From Octopus sinensis (Eukaryota), in NCBI RefSeq assembly GCF_006345805.1, contig NC_043003.1, forward strand, positions 26,350,001-26,414,000: DNA of 64,000 bases. The letters are read 5' to 3'. Position 1 is the first letter of the stretch, and every line of letters begins with the position of its first letter. The notes beneath the pieces were generated by a model, which was given only the letters and a program-made list of their open reading frames with translations, had not been told where the DNA came from and did no database searches. The translations under genes were made by a program, and so were the position numbers. Shown one piece after another: positions 63,258 through 64,000 of this stretch.

Positions 63258-63665
63258 TCTCTTTACTCTTTACTCTTTTACTTGTTTCAGTCATTTGACT
63301 GTGGCCATGCTGGAGCACCGCCTTTAGTCGAGCACATCGACCCCAGGACTTATTCTTTGTAAGCCTAGTACTTATTCCATCGGTCTCTTTTGCCGAACCA
63401 CTAAGTTACAGGGACGTAAATACACCACCATCAGTTGTCAAGCAATGTAAGAGGGACAAACATAGACACACAAACATATACACACGCATACATATATACG
63501 AGAGGCTTCTTTCAGTTTCCGTTTACCAAATCCACTCACAGGGCTTTGGTCGGCCCGAGGCTATAGTAGAAAACACTTGCCAAAGGTGCCATGCAGTGGG
63601 GATGAACCCAGAACCATGTGGTTGGTAAGCAAGCTACTTACCACACAGCCACTCCTGCACCTATA
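63258..63665 (-). mobile_element. SINE A, full length
   Basis: Antisense copy with (tactcttt)x3 tail. Confidence 0.9.
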
Positions 63666-63813
63666 AAAATCCTTGTGCATCGGCTGTTAGTCTTATGATA
63701 GAAAACTGCTGGGTTTTTTTTTTATAAAAAGGCATTGTCCCAGCATGTCTGCTGTCTAATGACTGAAACAAGTAAAGAAATAAAGATAAAAGTGTTTATT
63801 TTTATTCATTTAA

Positions 63814-64000
63814 TCCTTTTGTGACCATATCTCTGTTGAAGAACACTTTTTGTTTGAATAATTTAGACGCTGGCATGGCTATAGGGTAAGAAGCTTGCTT
63901 CCCAACCACATGGTTCCGAGTTCAGTCCCATTGCATGGTACTTTGGGCAAGTGTCTTTTACTATAGCCTTGGGCGTGCCAAAGTCTTATGAGTGGACTTG
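63814..64000 (+). mobile_element. pB2 MITE left end interrupted by a SINE A head (runs off the window)
   Basis: ttaa-tccttttgtgaccatat, then ggcatggctatagggtaagaagcttgcttcccaaccacatgg. Confidence 0.7.

Overview
AT-rich, microsatellite-dense eukaryotic DNA. The SINE, RTE and MITE families look like those I recall from octopod cephalopods (Octopus); this is inference from pattern recognition, not a database hit. No host protein-coding gene can be firmly supported, so the window is probably intronic or intergenic. There are a few candidate exon or promoter islands, at about 14.4-16.0, 25.9, 56.7 and 60.2 kb. Most ORF-track entries are microsatellite artefacts. The window is a layered transposon landscape. 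It holds dozens of tRNA-headed SINEs (my own labels A, A2, C, D), RTE and CR1/L2 LINE fragments, and Penelope-like pieces carrying hammerhead ribozymes. It also holds hAT, mariner and piggyBac-type MITEs with verifiable TIRs and TSDs, three fold-back elements, and a Tc1 element whose DD34E transposase ORF is still open (54669-55781). The most interesting items are: (1) a full-core hammerhead ribozyme with a long stem-II insertion at about 27.3 kb; (2) a pair of minimal hammerheads at about 33.3 and 33.8 kb sharing an A6U core change; (3) the association of these Penelope-type pieces with (TA)n tracts; (4) a 7-unit dimeric minisatellite built from a CR1 ORF2 C-terminus at about 52.2-52.8 kb. 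SINE and LINE boundaries are approximate (roughly 10-20 bp); TIR, TSD and ribozyme coordinates were read base by base.
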